Source: Zootoca vivipara
Lineage: Eukaryota
DNA length: 64,000 nucleotides
Direction: 5' to 3'
NCBI RefSeq assembly: GCF_963506605.1
Contig: NC_083288.1
Location: forward strand, 30,070,001 to 30,134,000
A program made the translations under genes and the position numbers. The notes under the pieces were generated by a model. That model was not told the DNA's origin, did not search any database, and was given only the letters and a program-made list of their open reading frames with translations. Shown here in pieces: positions 10,353 through 22,573 of this stretch (positions within the stretch are counted from its first letter, which is position 1; the number at the start of each line of letters is the position of its first letter).

Positions 10353-12386
10353 CAGGGCCGGTGCTATTTTTTTTGCGTCCTAGGCGAGATCACCTTCTGG
10401 CGCCCCCCCCCCCATTAATAAGAAATAAAATATAAAATAAATAAAAATGGAAAATAGAAAAAAATAGCGGCCTGAAGCCGCTCAACAGCTGACAGCCGCA
10501 GTGGAGGTGGCCCCAGGATCACGCTCCCCGTACAAAGCTTCGGAGGCGCGCGGGGAGCGCGAGCCTGGGGCCACCTCGCCGCACCTCTCAGCTGTTTTTT
10601 ATTTTTTGTTTTTTTTATTTTTTTATCAAATCAGTTTTCCACTTTTACATCCATCAAAAATTATTTACTTTGTTGAATTTATCTTAGTGCTGCCAGTGTT
10701 TTCAGCTTTATAGTTCTTTCCCATACATTCAATAAATGTTTTCCACTCTTCTTTAAATATATGTTATTCTTGCTCTCTTATTCTATTTGTTAAATCTGCA
10801 AGTTCTGCATATTCTATCAACTTAAGTTACCACTCCTCTTTAGCTGGGACCTTGTTCACTTTCCATTTGGGGGCTAACAAAACATGGGCGCAGTTGTTGC
10901 ATAAATATATAATCTTTTCTGACACCTAGAAATTTCTCTCTGGGTTATTCCCAAACGTCTAACAGTCACTTCTTAAACCACAGCAAATAAGCAACAACCT
11001 CATAGCAACAATGCACACATCATTCATTTTGAAAAGAAAGGCTGCTGTTTTAAGTACAGCAGCTTAAGGTAAAGGAAAAGGTAAAGGCACCCCTGACCAT
11101 TAGTTCCAGTCGTGACAGACTCTGGGGTTGCAGCACTCATCTTGCTTTACTTGCCGAGGGAGCCGGCGTACAGCTTCCGGGTCATGTGGCCAGCATGACT
11201 AAGCCGCTTCTGGCGAACCAGAGCAGCACACGGAAATGCTGTTTACCTTCCCGCTGTAGCGGTACTTATTTATATACTTGCCCTTTGACTTGCTTTCGAA
11301 CTGCTAGGTTGGCAGGAGCTGGGACTGAGTGGGAGCCATCGCCAACGACCTTCTGCTCAGCAAGCCCTAGGCTCTGTGGTTTAACCCACAGCGCCACCCG
11401 TGTCCCTACAGCAGCTTAACCCACAGCAGCTTAACACCATCATATAAGTCACTAAGTAAACTGTGAATAATTGTCATGTGTTAAATCAAAGAATCATAGT
11501 AGAGTTGGAAGGGACCATGAGGGTCATCTAGTCCAACCCCTTGCAATACAGGAATCTTTTGCCCAATGTAGGGCTTGAACCCAAAACCATGAGATTAAGT
11601 GTCTACCAACTAAGTCATGTTAGCATACGTTTTTCAGTTATTCTCCTATTGTTCATATTTCGATTAATCACAGGTGCCCTGTACACTTTGCTCAGGGGCA
11701 GGACTTGCAGAACTAAACTGTAGAATTTAATCATTACAGTCTTTCCCCAACTTGGTGCCCCCTAAGTGCTTTGCTCCCACTCATCCCCAAGCAGTATGAC
11801 CAGCAGTCAGGTGTGGTGCGAGTTGGAGCCCCAAAAAATCAGGACAGCACAAGGCTGGGAGGGCAGATTTTAAAAGTCACATAACAAATGCTCAACAAGT
11901 ACAGCACTGTTGCTTTAAAGTTTGGGATCACAAGTCCAGCTAGCCAAGGATAAGTCATTAACAAAGGTGCTGATTGCTGGTCATTAGCACAACAAAGAGG
12001 GAGAGACTCCTGGATCTGTGCCAAGCAGAGGTTGCCAAGGTGACCGGGTAGGGGAGTGATGTCACAGTAAGAGAGGACATAAGTGGGAAAAGGAAGAAAT
12101 GGCAAGTACTCTCCCCACCTCCCGGAAAAAGTCCCAATGAGAAGGAGAGCTGAGAAAGAGAAGAGAAAGCAGCGCTCCGAGACCCTATATTTAAAGATGG
12201 GACAATCGCACACTCCGCAGGCACACACGAACCTTGGAATAGCAGCCTGAAGCTGCTCAACAGGTGACAGGCGCAGTGGAGGCGGCCCCAGGCAGCACGG
12301 GGGTCGTGGGCAGGCTGGCCAGCGCCCCCTCCATTGTGGCGCCCTACGCAGCTGCCTAGTTTGCCTAAACTGAAGCGACGGCCCTG
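10353..12386. mobile_element. Non-autonomous hAT-like element carrying about 1.6 kb of cargo
   Basis: CAGGGCCG...CGGCCCTG ends; 8-bp TSD tctgtaac/tctataac; single tctgtaac at the empty paralog site 33701-33708. Confidence 0.75.
11068..11406 (-). mobile_element. Sauria SINE
   Basis: 13-bp TSD tacagcagcttaa (11055-11067 and 11407-11419). Confidence 0.88.
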
Positions 12387-12574
12387 TCTATAACCCGAGG
12401 TACCGCTGTACTGACCAACCTGATTTTTAGGATCTTTTCACCTAAGGTTCCAGAAATTCAACCATCAGAATACACTCTGCCACTAAACTGCACCATATAT
12501 GAACACCCTGCTTTGGCCACCATCTGCAAGATATATTATGTTTAAGAAGCTCTTCTGAAACTGCTTTGTTGTTG

Positions 12575-14310
12575 TTTTTAATGTTTTTTTTTATTTATTT
12601 CAATTGTTAAAAACATACATATATTTACATACAAAAAGAAAAAAAGAAAACAGAAAAGCAATGTGTTACATGTTTTTCATCTCTATAATAAAAATGAAAA
12701 AGACAAAAAACTGAAAAAGGATACAGAAAAGAGAAAAACCTGAAGAAAGAAAAAAAAGTTACAAACAATGCATAAAATACCGGCAACTTCCAATAATATC
12801 CTATGTAACTTATGCAGCTCCTTATCGTCGTCCACAAAAGAAATCCTCTATTATCTATTTTTTTAACACTTCAACTTGGTTCGGCTTTAGTCTGCTTTGA
12901 GGTTTAATTACTTGATTGTTTTTATATATTCGTCAAAGATCCTCCATTCCTTTTTTATTTTTTGTCTTGTTTGTCCTCTAATTCTCCCAGTGGTTCTAGC
13001 TAGCTGTGAATATTATTTCATTAGTATTTGCCAATCTGTTATATTAGGAATGTTTCTGCTTTTCCAGTTTCTCGCGATCAGCACTCTCGAGGCTACAATA
13101 CCGTACATTAATAGTTTCCTATTTACGTCTCCTATATCTTCCGGTATTATATTTAATAGGAACATTTTTGGTTTTTTCATAATCTTACATTTCAACATTT
13201 TCTTTAACTCTTCATAAATGTTCTCCCAATATGTTCTTATCTCTGCACATTTCCACCACATGTGCATTTGAGTTCCTATTTCTTTCTCACATCTCCAGCA
13301 TTTAGGTGATTTGTTTTTATACATTTTAGCTAGTTTTTCAGGTGTCTGATACCACCTATACATCATTTTAAAGATGTTTTCCCGCAGGTTGTAGCACGCG
13401 GTAAATTTTAGATCTTTTTTTCCACAGCCTTTCCCACTGTTCTACGAGTATATTATGTCCCAAATCTTGGGCCCACTTTATCATTGATGGTTTAGTTTGT
13501 TCCTCTTTTAACTCCCATTCCAATAACAGGTCATACATGCGTGAAATCAACTTTTTATCATTGTGTATCAATTCTTTTTCAAATTTAGACTTCTCTTTTG
13601 CAATTCCCAATTTTTAGTCCTCCATAAATTTCTGATTTATTTGAAAATATTGCAGCCAACTCGTAAGGTACTTTTTGATTTCCTCATAATTTTTTTAACT
13701 TGGGTTCATTTTGTGTATTTTCCAATAACTCATGGTAGGTGGCGGTCTTTTCTTTCATATTTAGTTTTTTTAAAAAAAACCCTGTGGGCTTTAATTTTTT
13801 CATAAATCAAATATAAATGCCAGCCAAACCTATTTTCCGCTCCCTCTAGGTCTAGGATCTCTGGTTTTTCTAAAGTTATCCATTCTTTCAGCCAGACCAA
13901 TCCGGCTGCTGCGTGATATAATTCCAAGTTAGGGAGGGAAAATCCCCCTCTCTCTTTTCTATCTGTCAGCAGCTGGTATTTAATTCTTGGCTTCTTGTTG
14001 TTCCACACAAACTTTGTTAGGTCTTTCTTCCACTCAGTGAAACACTTAATTCGTCCCAAGATTGGTATCGCTTGAAACAAATACATCAACCTTGGGAGTA
14101 TATTCATTTTCACCACAGAGATTCTACCCCAGAGGGAAAGGTTTAATTTACTCCACTGTTCCATTCCTTTTTTGATTTCACTCCAGGCTTTTTTAATAAT
14201 TGTCTTCATATAGGTTTAAACTTTTTGCTGTCATCCAAATACCTAAATATTTTACTTTCTTTTTAAGTTCTAGACCTGTCGTCTGTTTCAACTCTTCCCA
14301 TTCCTTAAGG
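12575..14310 (-). mobile_element. L1/Tx1-clade LINE ORF2 3' part
   Basis: LSLWGRISVVKMNILPR, ERGGFSLPNL, CWRC..HMWWKC; absent from the paralog at 33910-33965. Confidence 0.88.
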
Positions 14311-14568
14311 AAACTTAAATGCATCATCTTTTTGGTCACAGCAATGAAACCAGTTTTCTAAGAATTTTCAGTTTAATGGAACAAAAGGCTATACCAAATG
14401 AATGTGTTGTATTAAATATTATCGTGCAAAGTTCAAGTGTCCCATTCACAATGATATACTTCTGCTTATCCCATTGACTATCCCAGAGTTTGCTACAGTT
14501 GGACCAGACATTTTGCCTGAAAGACTTTTAAGGCCATAGGAAGGAAACCACCACCTTCCCTTCTAAAT

Positions 14569-14704
14569 CAGGCATCTCCGAACTGCGGCCCTCCAGATGT
14601 TTTGGCCTACAACTCCCATGATCCCTAGCTGACAGGACCAGTGGTCGGGAAAGATGGGAATTGTAGTCCAAAACATCTGGAGGGCCGAAGTCTGGGGATG
14701 CTTG
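14569..14704. mobile_element. hAT-type MITE (136 bp)
   Basis: Long TIRs CAGGCATC...; 8-bp TSD ttctaaat/ctctaaat. Confidence 0.8.
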
Positions 14705-14977
14705 CTCTAAATAGTCTAAGAATGGCGTAAGCACTTCTTTCTGCTAAGGTGGCTGATGCGGTCTGATGTGCTGAGAATTTGGTGATGCCTAAGTTTTGGA
14801 AGTTCTTAGTTTGATCTATGGCATTTCCCTTCATATTCTAATTGTGTTTCCTAAAGGAGCGGCCAAAGCGGACAATTTTAGTTTTAGCAAAATTAATTGT
14901 TGGCAGTTTGGTGTTACATTGATCACTGAATTTCTCTAATGCTCGTTTCAAGCCAACTTTGGTTTGAGAAAGAAGTA

Positions 14978-15898
14978 CAGTGGTGCCTCGCTTAACGAAT
15001 GCCCTGTAAGACAAATTTTTCGCTAGATGAATGGATTTTGTGATCGGAGGTTGCCTTGCAAGATGACGAGGTTATCTATGGCCGCCGCTTTGTCTTGCGA
15101 AGCATGGCCATAGAAAAATGAACCTCCGACTGCAAAGTCCAGCGTGCAGCAAAAAATTGCCAGGGCTTTTTGCCACCTGCCTTCCCCTTGGCTTGGGGAA
15201 GGCAGTTGGCAAAACACCCCCACACCGCCGCACTTTGGCTCTGGATCTGTGCTTTCTATCGGCGGTGGGGTGGGGAGAGGAACGAAGGAGGAGAAAGGGC
15301 TGCTTTCTCCTCCTTCGTTCCTTTCCCCCCACCACCGACAGCAAGGACAGGTCCCGGGATCTGTGCTTTCTGTCTGGTGGGGTGGGGAGAGGAACGAAGG
15401 GGGAGAAAGGGCTGCTTTCTCCTCCTTCGTTCCTCCCCCCCCTGCCGCCACTGACAGCAAGGACAGGTCCCGGGATCTGTGCTTTCTGTCGGTGGTGGGA
15501 GGGGGAGAGGAACGAACAGATAGAAAGGGCTGCTTTCTCTCCGTTCGTTCCTCTCCCCTCACCACAGAAAGAAAGCACAGATCCCAGGACCTGTCCTTGC
15601 TGTCGGCGGCGGGAGGAGAGGAAGGAAGGAGGAGAAAGGGCTGCTTTCTCCTCCTTCGTTCCTCTCCCCCTGCCACCGACAGCAAGGACAGCAGTGGGGC
15701 TGTTGCCACCTGTCTGCCTGCCATCCAGGGAGCCAAGCGAGCAAGCGCCGCCACTGCCGCCAGTCCCCCGGAGCCCATAGGAACGCATTAATTAACTTTT
15801 AATCTGTTCCTATGGGAAACGGTGCCTCGCAAGACGAATTTTTCGTTGGATGAATTGACCGCCGGAACGAATTAAATTCGTCTTGCGAGGCACCACTG
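14978..15898. mobile_element. Tc1/mariner-type non-autonomous element with internal hairpin minisatellite
   Basis: TIR CAGTGGTGCCTCGC at both ends, TA TSD. Confidence 0.82.
15243..15690. repeat. Four ~115-bp palindromic units
   Basis: Each unit is approximately gaggaacgaaggaggagaaag-ggctg-ctttctcctccttcgttcct. Confidence 0.85.
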
Positions 15899-16027
15899 TA
15901 CAGCGTCATCCGTGTACATTAAAATTGGAACTTTTCTATTCTGCAGCAGTTTCATTTCTAAATTGGTTTTTAAAAGCTGTATGTGCAGGACAATAATTGG
16001 AAAGGTGCTTTGACATTGTGGGAAATT

Positions 16028-17189
16028 GGGACTTCCGGTCTGTCACGCCGGCTAGAGGACGCAGGGACCTCGAGCTCCGAGGTCCCTGGAATCGCGGAGG
16101 GGGGGGGGAATCTCGCAGGGCGAGTGGATGATGCACAACAAGGATTTGAAAAGAAAGAACATGAGACCAATGAGCAACAAAGTGAAATGAAGATTCAAGA
16201 AAAGGAGGAGCCTGGAGGGACTGAAATTTGGAGATGTGTGATGGAGGGGTGGGAAATGCAGAAGGGGGGGGCAGAGGCCTGGATTTGGAAATCGGAAAGA
16301 TGTGGTGTGGGATGAAAATACTAGTTAAGAGGTACTCAGGCTGGTTGAATAACGGTTTCTGAAATCTTGGCTTGTTAAAGGAAATGTTGGTCCAATTGGG
16401 GGAAAGACACCGGGGGAGGGGAAGGAGAGTGTTTTAAAGTATAATGTTACGATTTTGATTAGAGAAATGATTATATATAAAAATTGAATTTTCTGGAGGG
16501 AGAAAGAAGAATGGCTGGGGAAAGGAATTTTAGATTTGCATCAAATATTTTTGTGTTTGGATAGGTGTCTGGGCAGAGTGCTACCTTTCTTTCTCTCTTT
16601 GCTCGGAAGCACCTGGTGGCAGAGGGTGTTCTGACGGGGGAGGAAGGGGTGGAGGGAAACCCAGACACAAAGATGGATTTCCTTTGGAAGGCCGCACCTC
16701 ACAGGTTCCTCTTGTGACAGGAGGGGACCCGTGGGGGGGGGCACGAAGGAGGAGGAGGATAAAGTGAATACCTTAAGGAAAAGATTCTGAATTAAGAATA
16801 GAAAATATGCCATAATTAAATTAAGAGACTAAGAAAACCAGGAAGAAGAGAATCGAGGTAGTCACAAATACAATGTTAGGAAAATAAGAATTGGAGAATT
16901 TTTAAATTATTTGTTTGTATGTTTGTGTGGAAGGATCAGCTGGGGGAAATCCAAAACTCAGTGCGCCTCCACCCCTGGCCTCCTGGTGGCAGGGGGCAGG
17001 GGGAGGCGGGGGGAGGACAAACTCAGCCTAAAAAGGGACCGCCTTCGACTCTCAACGCCTATCGGTCCTACTGGTGGCAGAAGTGGACTTGTGGGGGGAG
17101 GGAGAATAGAGGGACGGAGTATACATATTATGTTTTGCTTTGTTTTGTCTTGTTTATATTAAAATCAATTAAAATTATTATAAAAAAAG
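16028..17189 (+). mobile_element. Degenerate L1/Tx1-like pieces
   Basis: GGACTTCCGG-type start, purine-rich body, A-rich end; no long ORF. Confidence 0.35.
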
Positions 17190-17369
17190 ACATTGTGGGA
17201 AATTGCTCCCATTCATCCAAAACAACTGATTAGAATCAAAACTCCTCCGCCCCAATTAAAACTTTTCTAACAAACAGAAGAAAATAGTTAATATAAGCAC
17301 TCTGTGGCTGATGCAGCATTCCAGACCAAACTGCATTTTGAAGAGAGCTCTTCCCTTCTGCCTATTGCA

Positions 17370-17785
17370 GACCCGTGTTCAGAGTGTGACTGGAAATGAA
17401 AAAAGTGACCAGCACCTCCAGATTTATATCAAAATAATAGAAAACTACTCAACCCCCTTAATCATTTTGACATACCTTTATATTTAAGAATTAGTTAACC
17501 CTCTAACTGCTTTAGGGTTCAATTTTCTGATGATATGAGAGGCCCTGCATTTCCCCAGCCAATCACTTTGCCTTTGTTGTGTTCCTTACTATGGAATATG
17601 TTACTGATTTTTTTTCCTTTATAAAGATTGCCGATGTTACAATAAAATTCACCTAATGTTGCATCAACTAATAGGGACAGCACACATGGGAAAGTGATTT
17701 ATTCTGAGTTTTTTCGCCATCTTGGGATCTTACTCCCAAGAGTATAGCATTGCTGATCTGAAAACCTTGTTTAAACTCATCAAAG
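17370..17785. promoter_or_regulatory. Conserved element copy 2 (core 17720-17741), no OR downstream
   Basis: Same core plus homologous flanks (aaactactcaacccc; atgttgcatca; acatgggaa). Confidence 0.4.
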
Positions 17786-17935
17786 TAATGTTTCTTCTTC
17801 CACGTTAGTTGCAGATGAAAAGAAATAACATCTACAATATGTTCCTACACTATGTTTCTACAACATCTACAACATGTTCCTCAATGCATGAAGGGAATTT
17901 ATGACTAGCATTATTTCAGATTCGTTTGATTATAT

Positions 17936-18760
17936 TGTGCGGACAGGTGGAGTCCCCCCAACCCCAGGTGACCCCTGAGCAGAATAATGACTCAAGACAA
18001 CATGTTATGGGATTAAAATTGGCCACAACTTTATTAAGATTCAGATGTAGGAAGACCTTGGCTCAGACATTGGGCATTATGCTTCCCCAGTCCCCAGCCA
18101 GGGTTATCCAGAATGTATGGGGTGTTGGAGAACATATCTTCAAGAAGAGAGAGCCCACGCCTGTTCGCTGCCGCTGGAAGGGGGAAAGCATGGACAACCA
18201 CTCGGTGTATGGGCCATTGCCTCCCCCCAAGACCCCTTTAATGGGGGGGGGATCCTGATCTTTATGCCGCGAAGGGGGTAAGGTCACCGCAACACACCCC
18301 TCCCCTTTAGGAAGATAGCCAAAAGGAATTTGCCCAAGGAAAGAAACCACCACAGACGTGACGTATTGCTACAGGAAAGGCAATGCAGGAAAATTCCTTT
18401 CCGGCCCTTCGACAGAGACCCTGACGTAGCAGCGCCCATGCACCCGTGGGAGAAAAGGTTAACCTGCAAAAGAAAACTTCAATTAGGGTGTGGAGGGTGG
18501 GAGAAGCTCTGGAGCCAACTGCTGCTTGCAGGAAAGATTCAAATTCTATTGTGTGAGCTGGACAGTCCCTCCCCCTTACCTGGCCTGTCCCCTGGCAACA
18601 CCTCCCCAGGCAGGATTGGACGATGGGCTGGGGTAGGCAGAGACCCCAGAGAGCCTGCTTGGAGAGGTGGTAACCAGATCTGAACTACCAGGTAGCCGCT
18701 CTGTGGTCCAAGGGGCTGCCCACGACTACACAAAAATTGCCCCCCGTATAGTGCGGGGAG
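17936..18760 (-). mobile_element. LTR-like element (paralog about 27891-28720)
   Basis: GGCCACAACTTTATT at 18021; boundaries approximate. Confidence 0.4.
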
Positions 18761-19333
18761 CAGTCATTCAAATATTGTTGCCATTTCTATATAAAGATAG
18801 ACTTCCATAGCAATCCATGTTGTGGTTAAGTTCCTGGTCGAATCATATATTGGACTGCCCATGAATATGACCTAGGAGCCTCAGTTAGTGCAGAACCTGC
18901 CGGCCAGAATTTATAAGAGGATGGCACTGAAACCTAACTTTGAATTCCCACTTCCCACTTTCTCTCGACCCCAAAAGAATTTTGATGATAGCCTGTTGCC
19001 AAGTGCTACTTAAATGGAGGTGCATTTTGTATTCCGTAAAGAGAGAGGATGCAATAAAGAGATATTTCCCAGAAACTTGGTTTGTTGAGGTCTCCTAACA
19101 GCTCTCATATCGTTCAGTAAATCAGACTTTCCAGGATTCTGTGGAGGAAAGCCATGGGTCTTGAAGGGTGTTATGAGAGCTTTAAATGTATGGTGTGGAT
19201 GAGATGGTTGCATTTTTAATTTTAAAAAGATGGAGGTTATGTATTCTCATGTGTCAATTGTGCAGAAAGAAAAATGGGTATGAATGACCCATCAGGGCAT
19301 AGCCAAGAACTCTGAAGTGTGGCCAGAATGTGA

Positions 19334-21176
19334 TTGTTGTTGTTTAGTCATTTAGTCGTGTCCGACTCTTCGTGACCCCATGGACCATAGCACGCCAGGC
19401 ACTCCTGTCTTGCACCGCCTCCCGCAGTTTGGTCAGACTCATGTTGGTAGCTTCGAGAACACTGTCCAACCATCTCGTCCGCTGTCGTCCCCTTCTCCTT
19501 GTGCCCTCAATCTTTCCCAACATCAGGGTATTTTCCAGGGAGTCTTCTCTTCTCATGATGTGGCCAAAGTATTGGAGCCTCAGCTTCACGATCTGTCCTT
19601 CCAGTGAGCACTCAGGGCTGATTTAGGTTTAAGGATTTAGATTTGGTGGACAGAGTGCCTGAAGAACTATGGATGGAGGCTCGTAACATTATACAGGAGG
19701 CAGCAACGAAAACCATCCCAAGGAGAAGGAAATGCAAGAAAGCAAAATGGCTGTCCAACGAGGCCTTACAAATAGCGGAGGAGAGGAGGCATGCAAAATG
19801 TAAGGGAGATAGGGAAAGATAGAGGAAACTGAATGCAGATTTCCAAAAAATAGCAAGGAGAGACAAGAGGGCCTTCTTAAATGAGCAATGCAAAGAAATA
19901 GAGGAAAACAATAGAATGGGGAAAACCAGAGATCTGTTCAAGAAAATTGGAGATATGAAAGGAACATTTCGTACAAAGATTACCATAATAAAGGACAAAA
20001 GTGGTAAGGACCTAACAGAAGCAGAAGGCATCAAGAAGAGGTGGCAAGGATACATAGAGGAATTATACCAGAAAGATATGGAGGTCTCGTACACCTCAGG
20101 TAGTGTGGTTGCTGACCTTGAGCCAGACATCTTGGAGAGTCAAGTCAAATGGGCCTTAGAAAGCACTGCTAACAACAAGGCCAGTGGAAGTGATGATATT
20201 CCAGCTGAACTATTTAAAATTTTAAAAGATGGTGCTGTTAAGGTGCTACACCCAATATGCCAGCAAGTTTGGAAAACTCAGCAATGGCCAGAGGATTGGA
20301 GAAGATCAGTCTACATCCCAATTCCAAAGAAGGGCAGTGCCAAAGAATGCTCCAACTACCGCACAATTGCGCTCATTTCACACGCTAGCAAGGTTATGCT
20401 TAAAATTCTACAAGGCAGGCTTAGGCAAGTATGTGGACCGAGAACTCCCAGAAGTGCAAGCTGGATTTCGAAGGGGCAGAGGAACCAGAGACCAAATAGC
20501 AAACATGCGCAGGATTATGAAGAAAGCTAGAGAGCTCCAGAAAAATGTCTACTTCTGCTTCATTGATTATGCAAAAGCCTTTGACTGTGTCGACCACAGC
20601 AAACTATGGCAAGTTCTTAAAAGAATGGGAGTGCCTGATCACCTCATCTGTCTCCTGAGAAATCTCTATGTGGGACAAGAAGCTACAGTTAGAACTGGAT
20701 ATGGAATAACTGATTGGTTCAAAATTGGGAAAGGAGTACGACAAGGTTGTATATTGTCTCCCTGCTTATTTAACTTATATGCAGAATTCATCATGCGAAA
20801 GGCCGGACTAGATATATGCCGGAAGAAATATCAACAACCTCAGGTATGCAGATGACACAACCTTGATGGCAGAAAGTGAGGAGGAATTAAAGAACCTTTT
20901 AATGAGGGTGAAAGAGGAGAGCGCAAAATATGGTCTGAAGCTCAACATCAAAAAAACCAAGATCATGGCCACTGGTCCCATCACCTCCTGGCAAATAGAA
21001 GGGGAAGAAATGGAGGCAGTGAGAGATTGTACTTTCTTGGGCTCCTTGATCACTGCAGATGGTGACAGCAGTCACGAAATTAAAAGACGCCTGCTTCTTG
21101 GGAGAAAAGCAATGACAAACCTAGACAGCATCTTAAAAAGCAGAGACATCACCTTGCCTACAAAGGTCCGTATAGT
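19334..21176. mobile_element. RTE-BovB LINE, 5'-truncated and 5'-inverted
   Basis: 19334-19622 (-) is the 3' end (LKLQYFGH-like, GVTKSRTRL, (CAA)n tail). 19625-21176 (+) is the RT region with FIDYAKAFDCV, GVRQGCILSP and NLRYADD, with frameshifts. Confidence 0.9.
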
Positions 21177-21230
21177 TCTGTACCAAAGAAAGAGGGAAAA
21201 AGGAGGACTGATGGCAAAGGGAAATAAAAC

Positions 21231-21315
21231 ATTCCCAGAAAAAAACTATCCAAGCATCAACCAGTTCTACTGTTTTCCCAGGCTTATTTCATTTTTGTCT
21301 TACAAAGAAACTTTG
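21231..21315 (+). pseudogene. V2R exon-6 5' relic
   Basis: [23 protein letters not shown] versus [23 protein letters not shown] in exon 6 at 9124. Confidence 0.65.
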
Positions 21316-21684
21316 CAATCCCACTTCTATTGCCCCCACCTCCGGGAACAAGGCTCAATTTAAGAAGGTGAACAAGCTGAATAAAACAATGTTCTGGGAT
21401 TTTTTAAAATGACCACAACTTTATTGATTTCACATGTAGGTAGGATTAACATAGGCATTGGGTGTTGGAGGACTGAGGTATTACAAGGTCGATCATGGGA
21501 CACATGGATCTATTGTTCCATTTTGCTCTGTACATAGGACTTACCAATGAATATGACCTAGGAGCCTCAGTTAGTGCAGAACAAAACTGCCAGAATTCAA
21601 ATTAGTCCAACCAGATGTAGTTCTATTATTCCAGTTGTAAGACAATTTCGCAGAAACCTACCTTTGAATTGCAACTTTCTATAC

Positions 21685-21820
21685 CAGGCATCCCCAAACT
21701 TCGGCCCTCCAGATGTTTTGGACTACAATTCCCATCATCCCTGACCACTGGTCCTCTTACCTGGGGATCATGCCAGTTGTACGCCAAAACATTTGGAGGG
21801 CCACAGTTTGGGGATGCCTG
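21685..21820. mobile_element. hAT-type MITE, same family
   Basis: CAGGCATCCCCAAACT TIRs; TSD ttctatac/tactatac. Confidence 0.8.
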
Positions 21821-22573
21821 TACTATACCGTTCTCTCAACCCCAAAAGAACTTTTGCCGAGTGCTACCTAAATAGAGGTGCATTTTGTATACAGCACAGA
21901 GAGAGGATATACTAAAGAGATATTTCCCAAAATCTTGGTTTGTTGAGGTCTCCTAACAGCTATTGTTCAGTAAATCAGACTTTCCAGGATTCTGTGGAGG
22001 AAAGCCATGGTTCTTGAAGGGTGTTAAGAGTGCTTTAAATGTATGGTGTGGATGAGATGATAGTATTGCCCCCACCTCTGGGAACAAGGCCCAATTTAAG
22101 AAGGTGAACAAAGTGAACAAGAAAATGTTATGGGATTTTTTAAAAAAAAATATGGCCACAACTTTATTGATTTCAGATGTAGGTAGGATTTAGCATAGGC
22201 ATTGGACACATATCCCTCTCAGCCCCCTGTTGGAGGACTAAGGCTTGATGGGGTCGTTCATGGGATATATGACTCCATTGCAAGGCGCATGTGAACAAAT
22301 TACAGAGACATGGAGAATAAAGTTGATGCATTAGGGAGAATTTGTGACAAAGTTGCCTGAAATGCATAGAGCCATTGTTCCATTTTGCTCTATATTATAT
22401 GCACGAACTTCCAGTGGCTCTCTGGGCCTTCAGACAGGTCGTCATTCCTTGCCCTGCTTGGAGATGGCAAGTTTTAAAGTAGGAGCTGCATTCATGCTAA
22501 ACAGATGTTCTACAACAGATTATAGGGGAAAATTCACATACAAAAGGTGATCGTAAAGCACCCACATGCCTTC

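Larger units (their letters stand above)
10141..12408. mobile_element. Tc1/mariner(pogo)-type MITE split by a nested insertion
   Basis: TIRs CAGTGGTACCTCAGGTTA and CAGCGGTACCTCGGGTTA, TA TSD; uninterrupted right part at 33572-33722. Confidence 0.8.
14497..16015 (-). mobile_element. RTE-X-like RT relic interrupted by two DNA elements
   Basis: With the inserts removed it reads RKVPILMYTDDAVLLSQTKVGLKRALEKF...INFAKTKIV...GGGFLPMALKVFQAK. Confidence 0.6.

Noticed and set aside
15023-15791. Overlapping 215-251 aa ORFs on both strands
   Set aside because: By-products of the GC-rich palindromic minisatellite; repetitive and with no recognisable domain.
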